Below are positions 38,706 to 49,737 of a stretch of 64,000 bases of DNA, one piece after another. This DNA comes from Candidatus Altiarchaeales archaeon (GTDB taxonomy: Archaea > Altiarchaeota > Altiarchaeia > IMC4 > SCGC-AAA252-I15): assembly GCA_014727915.1 (NCBI GenBank), contig WJMO01000006.1, positions 1-64,000 of the forward strand, written 5' to 3'. The stretch's first letter is position 1. The number at the start of each line of letters is the position of its first letter. The position numbers were made by a program, and so were the translations under genes. Under the pieces are notes generated by a model. That model did no database searches and had not been told where the DNA came from. It worked only from the letters and a program-made list of their open reading frames with translations.

Positions 38706-39644
38706 ATGGATTCCAAATATTCCCCCATGAAACCTAAGATACTGGCAGCCAGCAAGATCCACGATATCGCATTGGACAAGGCGAGGGAGTTCGCTGACGT
38801 GGACTTGAAGACGGACCTCAGCGAGGAGGAGCTGATAGGGATAATAGGAGAATACGACGCTATAATAGTGAGGAGCAAGCCGACGGTCACGCGGGCGATG
38901 ATAGAGGCAGGCGGCAGGCTGAAGGCCATAGGCCGAGCGGGGGTTGGATTGGACAACGTGGACCGGGAAGCCGCTAAGGAGAAGGGCATCGAGGTCGTCA
39001 ACTCCCCGGAGGCTTCGACCATCAGCGTCGCCGAGCACGCGATAGGTTTGATGCTGGCGTTGGCGAGGAAGGTGCCCCAGGCGGACAATCACGTTCGCGG
39101 CGGGGGATGGGACAGGAAGAGCTTCCTAGGCAACGAGTTATACGGCAAGAACTTGGGTTTGATAGGCTTCGGCCGTATAGGAAGGGAGGTCGCCATGAGA
39201 GCGAGAGCGCTCGGCATGGAGATATTGACCTACGACCCTGCCATCACATCCGAGGACGCCCGCGAATACAACGCCAGATGCTGCATGAACATGGATGAGC
39301 TGCTAGAGGACTCGGATGTTATAAGCCTCCACGTTCCCGCGATACCCGAGACAAAGGACTTGATAAACGCTGAGACGCTCAAGAAGATGAAGCCCTCGGC
39401 GTTCCTGGTGAACACGTCAAGGGGTCATGCGGTTGACGAGGACGCGCTCTACGATGCTCTGAAGAACGGTGAGATCGCGGCAGCCGCATTGGACGTGTAC
39501 AAGAGCGAGCCACCGGAGGGCACCAAGCTGGTCGAGTTGGGGAATATTATCCTTGTACCTCACCTTGGAGCCAACACCGACGAGGCGCAGATAAACGCGG
39601 GCACGGTTGTGGTCGAGAAGATAAGGAAGATACTTACAGGTTAG
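38706..39644 (+). CDS. serA: D-3-phosphoglycerate dehydrogenase (short form, no ACT domain)
   Basis: RAGVGLDNVD, SVAEH, GFGRIG, NTSRG, ALDVY and PHLGANT.EAQ. Confidence 0.85.
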   Translation: MDSKYSPMKPKILAASKIHDIALDKAREFADVDLKTDLSEEELIGIIGEYDAIIVRSKPTVTRAMIEAGGRLKAIGRAGVGLDNVDREAAKEKGIEVVNSPEASTISVAEHAIGLMLALARKVPQADNHVRGGGWDRKSFLGNELYGKNLGLIGFGRIGREVAMRARALGMEILTYDPAITSEDAREYNARCCMNMDELLEDSDVISLHVPAIPETKDLINAETLKKMKPSAFLVNTSRGHAVDEDALYDALKNGEIAAAALDVYKSEPPEGTKLVELGNIILVPHLGANTDEAQINAGTVVVEKIRKILTG

Positions 39645-39645
39645 G

Positions 39646-41166
39646 ATGAGCGGGGACGTTGGGGTTGACAAAAAAGACGTCAGCCGTAAGGCTGCTGAAC
39701 ACGGGCTCATACTGAGCTCTGTCGCCCTTGACAGGATACTGGAACTTGGGCTGGACTACGACGATATTCTGAAAGACGCCAAAGAAGCAGGCGAGTGGTT
39801 CATCAGCCCGGAGTACATCGACTCCCTGATAGTGGAGGATAAGGAGAGAACATGCGAACCATCCGCGTCCGAAGATAGGGTTGAGGTTGTGAAGACGCGG
39901 AAGCCGGCAGCCTGCGACATAGAATCGCGTCTTAAGATAAGGGAGGACAGCGACGTCACGGGCAAGAGCACGTGCTCAGCCCAGTTGGAAGACTTCACAG
40001 CATACTTCAACACCAGGTATGAGAACATCAGGGGCGTGATCCAGGAGAGGGTGGAGTACAAGACCCCCCTCACATTGGAAGACCTGAGAAGCAAGAAAGC
40101 GGGAGACAGGGGGCGTATCATCTGCATCGTCAACGAACGGCGGGAGAGCAGCAAAGGCTACAAGTTCCTGGAGGTCGAGGACCAGACGGGAGAGGCCACC
40201 GTGCTGATATCAGGCAACGACGAGAGGCTTGCCGCAGCCTACGAACGCATACTACCAGACGAGGTGATAGGCGTCGAGGGGGTTTTGAAGGGCGACCTGT
40301 TCATAGCCTCCGACATAACCCAACCGGACATACCCTTGAACCACCCCCGCCGCTACGCTGACGAGGAGGTCTACGCAGCCTTCATATCGGACATACACGT
40401 GGGAAGCTACCTCTTCCTGGAGAGGGAGTTCCAGAGCTTCATCGACTGGCTGAACGGAAGAGGGAACCGCAGGGACGTTTCAGAGAAGGTCAAGTACCTC
40501 TTCGTCGCCGGCGACCTGGTGGACGGCATAGGCATATACCCCGAGCAGGAGAAGGAGCTCACCATACCAGACATCAGCAAACAGTACGAGTTTCTCGGAA
40601 TACTGTTGGAAGAGGTCCCAGACCACATAGAGGTCGTGTTGGGGATGGGAAACCACGACGCGGTGAGGAACGCCGAGCCCCAACCGATGGTGGGCAGGGA
40701 GGTGGCGGAATCATTGCATGAGCTGCCTAACGTCAGGGTTACAGGGAACCCTGTGAGGTTCCAGGCGCACGGGGTCGAGTTCCTAATGTACCATGGCACC
40801 TCATTGGACACGATAATAGGCAATCTCTCGGGCTGCACTTACAGCAGGCCCGAGACCGCTATGATAGAATACCTGAAGAGGCGGCATCTAGTGCCCACAT
40901 ATGGGAAGGACAGCATATCCCCTGAGAACAAAGATTACCTCTTCATCGGGGACGTCCCGGACGTCTTTCACTGCGGGCACGTCCACACCAACGGTTACAG
41001 CCTGTACCGCGGCGTCAACGTCATAAACTCAGGGACCTGGCAGGCCAAGACCGAATACCAGGAGAGGCTAGGCCACCAGCCCACACCCGCCCTGGTCCCG
41101 GTCATGAACCTCCAGAACCACGAGGTCAGCATGTTGGATTTCAGCGGAAATGGACGAAAACGTTAG
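39646..41166 (+). CDS. polB: DNA polymerase D small subunit DP1
   Basis: SDIHVGS, AGDLVDGIGIYP, GNHD and GHVH phosphoesterase motifs, NSGTWQ. Confidence 0.96.
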   Translation: MSGDVGVDKKDVSRKAAEHGLILSSVALDRILELGLDYDDILKDAKEAGEWFISPEYIDSLIVEDKERTCEPSASEDRVEVVKTRKPAACDIESRLKIREDSDVTGKSTCSAQLEDFTAYFNTRYENIRGVIQERVEYKTPLTLEDLRSKKAGDRGRIICIVNERRESSKGYKFLEVEDQTGEATVLISGNDERLAAAYERILPDEVIGVEGVLKGDLFIASDITQPDIPLNHPRRYADEEVYAAFISDIHVGSYLFLEREFQSFIDWLNGRGNRRDVSEKVKYLFVAGDLVDGIGIYPEQEKELTIPDISKQYEFLGILLEEVPDHIEVVLGMGNHDAVRNAEPQPMVGREVAESLHELPNVRVTGNPVRFQAHGVEFLMYHGTSLDTIIGNLSGCTYSRPETAMIEYLKRRHLVPTYGKDSISPENKDYLFIGDVPDVFHCGHVHTNGYSLYRGVNVINSGTWQAKTEYQERLGHQPTPALVPVMNLQNHEVSMLDFSGNGRKR

Positions 41167-44100
41167 GCGATACCAGGAGTCCCTGAGGGACGCCATTGAC
41201 AGGATATACAGTGTGGGAGCTGCTGCGAGGGAGAAGAGCCTAGACCCCCGGCGTGAGGTCGAGGCCATGCCCGCGGGAGACCTGGCCGCTAGGGTTGAGG
41301 GACTGGTGGGCCCGGAGGGCATAGCAGATAAGATCCGGAGCCTGGGTAGGGATAACCTGTCTGATATCGTCGACTTCATATTGGAGGCGAAATCCGGGGA
41401 GGACCGGGAAGCTCAGATAGAGCAGGCGCTGAGGACCTCCCTCGCCATATTGACGGAGGGTGTTGTGGCGGCCCCCATCGAGGGCATATCAGGGGTCAAG
41501 GTGAGGGAGAACCCTGACGGGAGCGAGTACCTTAGCATATACTTCGCAGGGCCCATAAGGAGCGCTGGGGGGACTGCCCAGGGCCTTGCATGCCTGGTCG
41601 GCGATTACATAAGGACCAAGATCGGGTTGCTGGGTTACCGGCCCACCGGGGACGAGGTGGAACGCTATGTTGAGGAGATTAAGCTGTATGACGAGCGGGC
41701 CAGCAGGCTGCAGTACATGCCAAGCGAGGACGAGATACGGAAGATAGTCAGCAAACTGGCGGTGTGCGTGGACGGGGACCCGACCGAGGTCTTTGAGGTG
41801 GCCATACACAGGGACCTGAAGAGGGTGGACTCCAACAGGATACGTGGGGGCATGTGCCTTGTCATAGCAGAGGGCCTGGCTCAGAAGAGCCTGAAGGTCA
41901 TGCGCCACGCGGATAAGCTGGGATTGGACTGGAGCTGGCTGGGAGAGCTGAAGAAGAACGCCACCACCTCCGATGAGCACAAGCCTAAGGCAAAGTTCAT
42001 GGACGAGGTCGTGGGTGGCAGGCCAATATTCTCGGCTCCCTCTGCAAAGGGGGGTTTCAGGCTGAGGTACGGGCACAGCAGGTGCAATGGGATAGCGGGC
42101 AAGTCAATGCACCCCGCTACTCTGATACTATTGGACGATTTCATAGCAACCGGCACGCAGGTCAAGGTTGAGAAGCCTGGCAAGGGATGTATCGTGACGG
42201 AATGCGACACCATAGACGGCCCTGTGGTGCTGCTGGAGGACGGTTCGGTCCGACGGGTAGAATCCAGGAGTGAAGCCTACGAGATGAAGGACAGGGTTAA
42301 GGAGATAATGTTCCTCGGGGACATACTCGTCTCATATGGGGATTTCCTTCAGACCAACACCAAGCTCATACCCTCAGGGTATGTGGAGGAGTGGTGGAGC
42401 GGAGAGTCGGGAGTCAACGAGGTCCCAAGCCCGGATGATGCTGTGAGGATATCCATGGAGGGGAACATACCATTGCATCCCAGGTACACCTACCACTGGT
42501 GCGACATAAGGGCTTCGCAGCTGAAGACCCTCGTTGACTGGCTGGCAACGGGGGAGCTGGACGGTAGCCTCAGCGTTGATAACAATGATCAGACTGCTAA
42601 GAGGGTTTTGGAGGAGCTTGGAGTCCCCCATGAGGTCCGAGAGGGCAAGGTGGTGATAGATGAAGCTGCTCCGCTGATGGTGCAGCTAGGGCTTGAAGGA
42701 CTGGACCGCAGAGGTTTTGACAAGGCCCTCACATCGCTTGATGAGGGGTCCAGCGGATACGACCTCGTCTGCAAGGCATGCAAGGTTCCTGTGAGGAAGA
42801 AGGTCGGGTCTTACATCGGCTGCAGGATGGGCCGGCCCGAGAAGGCTCGGGAGCGTAAGATGCAGCCTGCAGTTCATGGACTCTTCCCTATAGGCAACGC
42901 TGGGGGGAGGGAGCGAAGCATAAACGCGGCGGTGGAGAGGAACAGGGTGGAGGTGGAGGTGTCACAGTTCGTCTGCCCCCAATGCAGGAGGAGGATGATG
43001 CATCCCTTCTGCAGGGACTGCAATGCCAAAGCCGTTGGGGTCAGGTTCTGCAGGCTCTGCGGATACGCAGGGGATATGGAGACATGCCCGAAATGCAATG
43101 TGCACACGAGGCAGTACTCGAAGACCCATGTGGAGCTGAAGTCCCTGTGGGATGAGGCCATACGGAAGGTGGGGAAGTCCACGACCGTCAAGGGGGTCAT
43201 GGGCATGATATCCGAGAGCAAGATACCAGAGCCCGTGGAGAAGGGCCTGTTAAGGGCTTTGAACGGGATATACGTGTTCAAGGACGGGACCAGCAGGTTC
43301 GACGCGACTGACGCGCCGCTCACGCACTTCAGACCAGCGGAGATAGGGATGACCGTTGAGGGGATACGGGAACTCGGGTACGTCCGGGACTGGAAGGGTG
43401 AGGAGCTCGTCTCAGACGGGCAGGTGGTCGAGTTGATGGCCCAGGACATAATAGTCTCGGAATACTGCGGAACATACCTCGTGAGGATAGCGAAGTTCGT
43501 GGATGAGCTGCTGAGGAAATTCTACGGAATGGAAGCGTTCTACAACGTAGACGCCAGGGAGGAGATGATAGGCCACCTGGTTGCTGGCCTGGCGCCGCAC
43601 ACGTCAGCCGCGGTTGTGGGAAGGATAATAGGCTACACTAAGGCTAACGTATGCTATGCTCACCCGTTCTGGCACGCAGCCAAGAGGCGGAACTGCGACG
43701 GCGACGAGGACAGCATCATGCTTTTGTTGGACGTGCTGTTGAACTTCAGCAGGAGCTACCTACCCCAGAAACGCGGCGGTAAGATGGACGCGCCCCTCGT
43801 TGTGACCACCATAATGGACCCGCGCGAGATAGACGACGAAGCCCATAAGATGGAGATAGTCACAGAATATGGGAAGGAGTTCTACCTGAAGACGCTCGAG
43901 GAGGTGAACCCCTCCGACGTGGACGTTAAGGTAGTGCAGAGGGTACTGGACGAAAACCCCTTCGAGAGCATAGGCTTCACCCACGACACATCGGATGTTA
44001 CCGGCCCGGTTACCAGCAGCAGGTACGTAACCTTGAAGACGATGCATGAGAAGATGGAGGCACAGCTGGCGGTCGCTGAGAAGATTAGGGCCATAGACGA

Positions 44101-44437
44101 GAAGGAGGTCGCTGAGATCGTCATCAACAGCCATTTCCTAAGGGATACCTACGGGAACCTGAGGGCGTTCAGCAGGCAGCGTTTCAGGTGCGTGAAATGC
44201 AACGAGAACTACAGGAGGGTTCCTTTGGCGGGGAAGTGCAAGAAATGCGGCGGCAGGCTGTTGCTGACCGTCAGCGCAGGTAACATAACGAAGTATCTTA
44301 GGATGAGCATGGACATGGCAGAGAAGTACCAGCTGTCGGAATATCTGAAATCCAGGCTACGACTCTTGGAGAAGGACGTGGAGTCGCTGACCGTGAACGA
44401 CCTGGAGAAGCAGGTCAGCCTCGCGGACTTCATGTGA
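41150..44437 (+). CDS. polC: DNA polymerase D large subunit DP2
   Basis: AGPIRSAGGT, RMGRPEKA, KRRNCDGDED, C-terminal Zn finger and PIP box QVSLADF. Confidence 0.98.
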   Translation: MDENVRRYQESLRDAIDRIYSVGAAAREKSLDPRREVEAMPAGDLAARVEGLVGPEGIADKIRSLGRDNLSDIVDFILEAKSGEDREAQIEQALRTSLAILTEGVVAAPIEGISGVKVRENPDGSEYLSIYFAGPIRSAGGTAQGLACLVGDYIRTKIGLLGYRPTGDEVERYVEEIKLYDERASRLQYMPSEDEIRKIVSKLAVCVDGDPTEVFEVAIHRDLKRVDSNRIRGGMCLVIAEGLAQKSLKVMRHADKLGLDWSWLGELKKNATTSDEHKPKAKFMDEVVGGRPIFSAPSAKGGFRLRYGHSRCNGIAGKSMHPATLILLDDFIATGTQVKVEKPGKGCIVTECDTIDGPVVLLEDGSVRRVESRSEAYEMKDRVKEIMFLGDILVSYGDFLQTNTKLIPSGYVEEWWSGESGVNEVPSPDDAVRISMEGNIPLHPRYTYHWCDIRASQLKTLVDWLATGELDGSLSVDNNDQTAKRVLEELGVPHEVREGKVVIDEAAPLMVQLGLEGLDRRGFDKALTSLDEGSSGYDLVCKACKVPVRKKVGSYIGCRMGRPEKARERKMQPAVHGLFPIGNAGGRERSINAAVERNRVEVEVSQFVCPQCRRRMMHPFCRDCNAKAVGVRFCRLCGYAGDMETCPKCNVHTRQYSKTHVELKSLWDEAIRKVGKSTTVKGVMGMISESKIPEPVEKGLLRALNGIYVFKDGTSRFDATDAPLTHFRPAEIGMTVEGIRELGYVRDWKGEELVSDGQVVELMAQDIIVSEYCGTYLVRIAKFVDELLRKFYGMEAFYNVDAREEMIGHLVAGLAPHTSAAVVGRIIGYTKANVCYAHPFWHAAKRRNCDGDEDSIMLLLDVLLNFSRSYLPQKRGGKMDAPLVVTTIMDPREIDDEAHKMEIVTEYGKEFYLKTLEEVNPSDVDVKVVQRVLDENPFESIGFTHDTSDVTGPVTSSRYVTLKTMHEKMEAQLAVAEKIRAIDEKEVAEIVINSHFLRDTYGNLRAFSRQRFRCVKCNENYRRVPLAGKCKKCGGRLLLTVSAGNITKYLRMSMDMAEKYQLSEYLKSRLRLLEKDVESLTVNDLEKQVSLADFM

Positions 44438-44443
44438 AAACGC

Positions 44444-44926
44444 CTATTTCCGGGACTCTACCTCCAAGAACACCCTGGTCCTCGCCTCTCTCGATTCAGG
44501 GTCTTGCTCGTTCCTGGCTGTGACGTCGATGGTGTACCTGCCCTCGAGTATGCCAGGCTTTGTCTTGACCTTAAACGATGTCTTCCTCGTTCCCTGAGGG
44601 CCTATGGGTATGCTCATGCTACGGTAGGATTGGGTGTAGGATTCCTCGAAGTATATGTCGTCGTCGTTCGCATTCCCTTCGACGACCAATGTGGCCTTCT
44701 CATCGGATTCGACATTCTTCAGCTCTATCTGCAGGGTAGTGGAACCGCCAGGCGGTATCTTCGCAGGGTCTGCCTTCACCTTCAAGCCGACGCCGCCGGT
44801 GACCCTGAACCCAGAGGGCATTGACGTGAAGAGCAGGGCCGCGACCGCTACCAAGAGCAGAACTGCTATGACAGACCTCCACCGTATCCTGTAAACTATA
44901 GACCTTATCCTCGTTATGCCTGACAT
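44444..44926 (-). CDS. Membrane-anchored Ig-like-domain hypothetical protein
   Basis: N-terminal TM helix followed by a beta-rich domain (I.PG...LKN...GRYTIDV). Confidence 0.6.
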   Translation of the reverse strand: MSGITRIRSIVYRIRWRSVIAVLLLVAVAALLFTSMPSGFRVTGGVGLKVKADPAKIPPGGSTTLQIELKNVESDEKATLVVEGNANDDDIYFEESYTQSYRSMSIPIGPQGTRKTSFKVKTKPGILEGRYTIDVTARNEQDPESREARTRVFLEVESRK

Positions 44927-44964
44927 CTCTTTTTAACTATCGTCAAGAATAAATAAAAGAACGG

Positions 44965-45654
44965 GTGAATGATGTGATAGGGTTGATTGGAGGCACTCTC
45001 CTGCCTGAAACAAGATTGCTCGGCGAATGCGAGGAAAGGAGCGTGGATACACCCTATGGCGGGGTTGATCTGCTGGCCGGCCCTGATGCCGCGTTCATAA
45101 ACAGGCACCGCGGGGATGTGCCGCCGCACAGGGTAAACCACAGGGCCAACATATGGGCGCTCAAGAGCCTGACTGACACTGTCATAGGCGTTGGTTCTGC
45201 TGGAAGCTTGAAGGCGGGTCTGACACCTCCCGTGATAATAGTGCCCTCTGACTACATCGAATTGGAGCCGGTGACATTCTACGACGAGGAGATAAAGCAT
45301 GTCACCCCCGGCTTCGACGAAGACCTTCGGAACTCAATATTGAGGGTGGCTGGAGAAAACGGCATAAAGGTCCAGGGGGGAGTGTATTACCAGACAAGGG
45401 GCCCGAGGTTGGAGACGAAGGCGGAGATAAGGATGATGGCAGACTACGCGGACATCGTCGGCATGACCATAGGCTCGGAGGCGACGCTCGCACGGGAGGC
45501 GGGTCTGAAGTATGCTGCCATATGCTGCGCGGACAACTTCGCCCATGGGATAGCGGATGAGAAGCTCGACTTCGAGGCGGTGAAGGAGATATCAAGGAAG
45601 AACAGCATCTTGGTCGAGGAGCTTCTAGCAGAGGTTTTGGAGGAGCTACGTTGA
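44965..45654 (+). CDS. mtiP: S-methyl-5'-thioinosine/purine nucleoside phosphorylase (MTAP family)
   Basis: PPHRVNHRANIWAL, GPRLETKAE and GMT motifs; DNFAHG has Asn rather than the DYD of amino-purine MTAPs. Confidence 0.8.
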   Translation: MNDVIGLIGGTLLPETRLLGECEERSVDTPYGGVDLLAGPDAAFINRHRGDVPPHRVNHRANIWALKSLTDTVIGVGSAGSLKAGLTPPVIIVPSDYIELEPVTFYDEEIKHVTPGFDEDLRNSILRVAGENGIKVQGGVYYQTRGPRLETKAEIRMMADYADIVGMTIGSEATLAREAGLKYAAICCADNFAHGIADEKLDFEAVKEISRKNSILVEELLAEVLEELR

Positions 45655-46898
45655 GTGTATTGATAAAGGACGTGCTGTTGGACGGGGAGGAGACCAGCAT
45701 ATACGTCGAGGAGAACACCATCAGAGGTATCGGATCTGACGCCGAAGCTGACAGGACCGTGGACGGGAGGGGTAAGGCCGCGATACCGGGTATGGTGAAC
45801 ACCCACACACACGCGGCCATGACCCTGTTCAGGGGATACGCGGACGACCTGCGCCTGCAGGAGTGGCTCCAGGAGCACATATGGCCCGCGGAAGCTAAGC
45901 TGACCGAAGAGGACGTTTACTGGGGCACCAGGCTCGCGTGCCTGGAGATGGTCAAGACGGGCACCACCTGCTTCAACGACATGTACTGGCATCTTAAAGG
46001 CGCTGTCAAGGCGGTGGAGGACTCGGGCATAAGGGGTGTGCTGAACAGCGTGTTCATAGACAAGTTCAACAAGGAAGACGCGAAGAAGCAGAGAAAACAG
46101 GCCGAGAAGGAGATGAAGGATGTCAAAGCATGTTCCAGGGTCACGCTGGCCCTCGGACCCCATGCGATCTACACGGTGACAGAGGAGAGCCTACAGTGGG
46201 CCAGAGAATACTCGGACAAGCACGATGTGCTGGTCCACTTCCACCTGAGCGAGACCGCCAAGGAGGTCGAGGACTGCAAGGAGGAGACTGGTATGCGTCC
46301 GGTCGAATACTTGGACAGCATAGGATTCCTGGGCCCCAACCTCGTATGCGCCCACTGCGTCTGGCTGGACGACAGGGAGATACGGTTGATGGGTGAGAGC
46401 GGCGTGAAGGTCTCCCACTGCCCCACATCCAACATGAAGCTCTCCGTCGGCGAAGCACTCGACTATGAGAAGCTGAAGCATGCCGGAGTCTGCGTGTCTC
46501 TCGGCACAGACGGATGCGCCAGCAACAACACCCTGGACATGTTCGAATCGATGAAGAACGCCGCCCTCCTTCAGAAGATATGGTACGGAGACCCCACCCG
46601 CCTGCCCGCTGGCGAAGCCTTCCGGATGGGCACCTCAGAGGGGGCGAAGGCACTGAAGTTGGACACTGGAGCGATAGAGGAGGGAAGGCTCGCGGACATA
46701 GTGCTCGTGGACTTGAAAAGGCCCGAGCTCACACCACACCACAACCTGGTATCGGACCTCGTGTACAGCGCCAGCGGAGGGTGCGTTGACACCGTAATCT
46801 GCGACGGAGAGGTGATAATGGAGAACGGGAGGGTGGATGGTGAGGAGGAGGTCATGGAGAAGGCAGAGGAGATAGTGGGCGACCTGTTTTCGAGGTAG
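45651..46898 (+). CDS. dadD: 5'-deoxyadenosine/MTA/SAH deaminase
   Basis: NTHTHAAM.LFRG, PHAIYT, HLSET, HCPTSNMKL and GTDGCASNN. Confidence 0.88.
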   Translation: MSVLIKDVLLDGEETSIYVEENTIRGIGSDAEADRTVDGRGKAAIPGMVNTHTHAAMTLFRGYADDLRLQEWLQEHIWPAEAKLTEEDVYWGTRLACLEMVKTGTTCFNDMYWHLKGAVKAVEDSGIRGVLNSVFIDKFNKEDAKKQRKQAEKEMKDVKACSRVTLALGPHAIYTVTEESLQWAREYSDKHDVLVHFHLSETAKEVEDCKEETGMRPVEYLDSIGFLGPNLVCAHCVWLDDREIRLMGESGVKVSHCPTSNMKLSVGEALDYEKLKHAGVCVSLGTDGCASNNTLDMFESMKNAALLQKIWYGDPTRLPAGEAFRMGTSEGAKALKLDTGAIEEGRLADIVLVDLKRPELTPHHNLVSDLVYSASGGCVDTVICDGEVIMENGRVDGEEEVMEKAEEIVGDLFSR

Positions 46899-46903
46899 GT
46901 TGG

Positions 46904-48988
46904 ATGGCATCCGAGGAGAACATAGCTAGGATAATATATGCCCTCCCCGTTGTCGTCTTCGCCCTGTTCCTGATACATTTCATAAGATGTGACGAGTACC
47001 CGAACCACCTCGAGCTCGGAGACGTGCGACTGGCAGACTCCATCGACATGGGCGACTTTTTATCTGAGAAGTGGCACAGCTACTGGAACCCTGAAAAGGG
47101 CGCAGGCAACATTCGTTCATGGACGTTGGACAGCAGGATAAACGACAGGGTGAGCGAGGACGAATGCCGGTCGCGGAACCAACATGAGAAGTTCATGATG
47201 AGCACCGTCCGGGGGAGGGACCACATCCTCGTCGTCAGGATGTACAAGGGAGACAACAGGACCTCCGTGTCCGTTAACGGCGAACCTTTAGGCCTTCTCG
47301 AATATCCTGAAAACCAGGACCTGCAGGGGTGGAGATACCAGACCGCGGTTATACCGGGGGAGAGGGTGGTAGGGGATGATATAAGCATATGGTTGGACAG
47401 CGAGAGCACCGACACCCTCGTGAACACATGCCATGTAATGCTATACACCAGCTCAACGGCTGGTGAGAGGATGTCTTTGGCTTTTCTCAAGGCTCTTGCC
47501 TGCACCACAGTGGTTTCGGCTGCCGCATATGTTATCTGCACCCTCTACTCTAGGAGGAATATCACCCTCATGATATTCATCCTGGGGCTCATACCGCCGA
47601 TTATCTACTCATACTATGTGATGGACGCCCAGACACACGTCCCCGACAACATCTCCATACTTTTCCAGTCCCGGGTTTTCGCATCCGGCAGGCTCTATGG
47701 GAGGGCGCCGGAGATGCCGGAGTTCTTCGGCTTCAAGTTCGCTGTGATGGAGGAGGGCAGGTGGTACAGCAGGTACGAGCCGGGGCACGCCCTCACCCTC
47801 CTACCAGGTGTAGTGGCGGGGGTTCCCTGGGCGGTCAATCCACTGTTGGGGGCTTTGACCATGGTTGTGACATACTTGGCAGGCAAGCACATGTTCGATG
47901 ATAGGACAGGATACTATGCCGCGATGTTGGGTGTGGCGTCGCCGCTTTACATATACTTAGCTGGCTCTTTCTTCAGGCATGTTCCAGCAACTCTCTATCT
48001 CTCAGCCTTCCTATTGTCATATTTCCTGGGTGAAAAACGAGGACAGCCGAGATACTATCTCATGTCTGCAGTCTTCCTGGGCATGGCCTTGACAACGCGT
48101 TTCGGGGCTTCCCTGGCATACGCACTCCCGGTAATAGCATACCACACAAAAATGGCGGCTGGAGAATCCAGGTTGAGGGACGTGTCCAAGTGGATGTTGC
48201 TGATCCTGTTGGGGTTCATGGCTGGGTTGTCCGCCTACAACATGGTCCTGTCCGGTGATGCGGGCACTCTCATATTCAACACCGCAGAGAGAGGGGACAG
48301 CATAGGCTTCGGCCCTGAAAAAGGTTCCTGGCCCATGTATGGCGGAACAGGGCACACTCCCTCAAAGGGCATCTTCAACGTCTTATTGAACCTGGAGAGG
48401 ATGAACGATAGGTTCCTAGGATGGCCTGTGCTGATATTCGGCGCTGTGCTTTTCCTGGGTTACAAGAAGGACAGGTGGGACTGGATGATAGCCTCGATAA
48501 TAGCCACATACGTCCTAAGCCAGATGATTTACTGGGCCAACGGAGACACCCCGAACCCGAGATACTTCTTCGAGATAACCCCCCTGGCGCTGTTGCTGAT
48601 CGCGAGGGGAATACGGGGTGTGAGCAGAGGGGAAACGCTATTCGTGGCCTTCCTGATTTTGACTGTTGTGAGCTCGTTCGCGGAGCTTGGGCAGACTCTT
48701 GACGGTTACCTCCCGAGGGATGAGTCCTACTCTGACCTAAAGAGGATGATCGACCACGAGGTAGAGGACAACTCGGTGGTGTTCATCAGAGGCTACAATC
48801 ACGTCTACTTCGCATACTTGAACGCGCCATCCGCAGACGGTAGGATAGTCTACCCCAGGTGGGTCAGCAGGAGTGGGAACCGAAAACTCATGATAAGCCA
48901 TTACCCCGGGAGGAGATGCTACGTCTTTGAGAAGTCCGATGAGATAGAGCCGATATTGTCATCTTGTGACTTCATGCCCTCATCCTAG
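46904..48988 (+). CDS. GT-C (PMT/ArnT-like) glycosyltransferase with N-terminal extracellular domain
   Basis: D..S..FQ..VFASGRL, YSRYEPG, PWAVNPLLG and PRY motifs; many TM helices. Confidence 0.72.
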   Translation: MASEENIARIIYALPVVVFALFLIHFIRCDEYPNHLELGDVRLADSIDMGDFLSEKWHSYWNPEKGAGNIRSWTLDSRINDRVSEDECRSRNQHEKFMMSTVRGRDHILVVRMYKGDNRTSVSVNGEPLGLLEYPENQDLQGWRYQTAVIPGERVVGDDISIWLDSESTDTLVNTCHVMLYTSSTAGERMSLAFLKALACTTVVSAAAYVICTLYSRRNITLMIFILGLIPPIIYSYYVMDAQTHVPDNISILFQSRVFASGRLYGRAPEMPEFFGFKFAVMEEGRWYSRYEPGHALTLLPGVVAGVPWAVNPLLGALTMVVTYLAGKHMFDDRTGYYAAMLGVASPLYIYLAGSFFRHVPATLYLSAFLLSYFLGEKRGQPRYYLMSAVFLGMALTTRFGASLAYALPVIAYHTKMAAGESRLRDVSKWMLLILLGFMAGLSAYNMVLSGDAGTLIFNTAERGDSIGFGPEKGSWPMYGGTGHTPSKGIFNVLLNLERMNDRFLGWPVLIFGAVLFLGYKKDRWDWMIASIIATYVLSQMIYWANGDTPNPRYFFEITPLALLLIARGIRGVSRGETLFVAFLILTVVSSFAELGQTLDGYLPRDESYSDLKRMIDHEVEDNSVVFIRGYNHVYFAYLNAPSADGRIVYPRWVSRSGNRKLMISHYPGRRCYVFEKSDEIEPILSSCDFMPSS

Positions 48989-49678
48989 GAGTCGCCATCT
49001 GACAACCTTCAGCGCGTAGACCACGCCGGTGACCACCAACATAGCCCTTCTAGTGTATGAGAGCTTTGTCTTGCCTATGCGGGGCCTGAAGTCCGTGTCA
49101 ACCTCCTCGACCTCCAAACCCGACATGTAGGCGGTGGAAAGCCAGTCATAACACCAGGAGAAACCGTTTTCGGTGAGTTTTGGCAGCATCTTCTCGACTG
49201 AGTCGCGGGTGAAACCCCAGTATCCCGTGAGCGCATCGCGTATCTGCCATCCCATCACCACGGAGAGGATGGCCTGTATCGTCTTCTTCACGAGTATGGT
49301 GGGCCAGCCGAGGACCTGCTTCTGCTTCTTGAAATCCCGCACGCCCAACGCCACGTCCGCGCCTGACTCTAGCCTTGAGAGCATCTTCGGAAGGTCGGGC
49401 GGGCTGTCCGTGTAGTCTGAGTCCATCTGGAACATGTAATCATAGCCATGCTCCAGGAAGTACTCCATGCCCGTTTTCAAACCGCTGCCCTGGCCACGGC
49501 CGTATTTGGCTTCCAGGACCTTCCAACCCAGTTCTTTGGCAACCTCGACAGTCCTGTCGGTGCTGTAGCTGTCGACGACGAGAACGTCGAATCCGCCGGG
49601 TATCTCGGGAGCTAGCTTGACTAGGGCTGCTTCCTCGTTTAGGGTCGGAAGCACGAGCAGCGACTTCGCTCCGTCCAT
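48980..49678 (-). CDS. GT2 polyprenol-phosphate glycosyltransferase (DPM1-like)
   Basis: PTLNEE, VVDSYSTDRT, MDSD, DALTGY and R.GKTKL. Confidence 0.9.
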   Translation of the reverse strand: MDGAKSLLVLPTLNEEAALVKLAPEIPGGFDVLVVDSYSTDRTVEVAKELGWKVLEAKYGRGQGSGLKTGMEYFLEHGYDYMFQMDSDYTDSPPDLPKMLSRLESGADVALGVRDFKKQKQVLGWPTILVKKTIQAILSVVMGWQIRDALTGYWGFTRDSVEKMLPKLTENGFSWCYDWLSTAYMSGLEVEEVDTDFRPRIGKTKLSYTRRAMLVVTGVVYALKVVRWRLLG

Positions 49679-49737
49679 GAAATGATTGTGAAGTCTATCA
49701 TTATAACTTTAAACGCAGACTACCATGTTTAAGGGAT

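Noticed and set aside
38675-39088. N-terminal extension of PyrD in the ORF track
   Set aside because: Antisense shadow of serA; the real start is 38674.
41150-44437. Intein in PolD DP2
   Set aside because: The length (1095 aa) and an uninterrupted KRRNCDGDED region indicate no intein.
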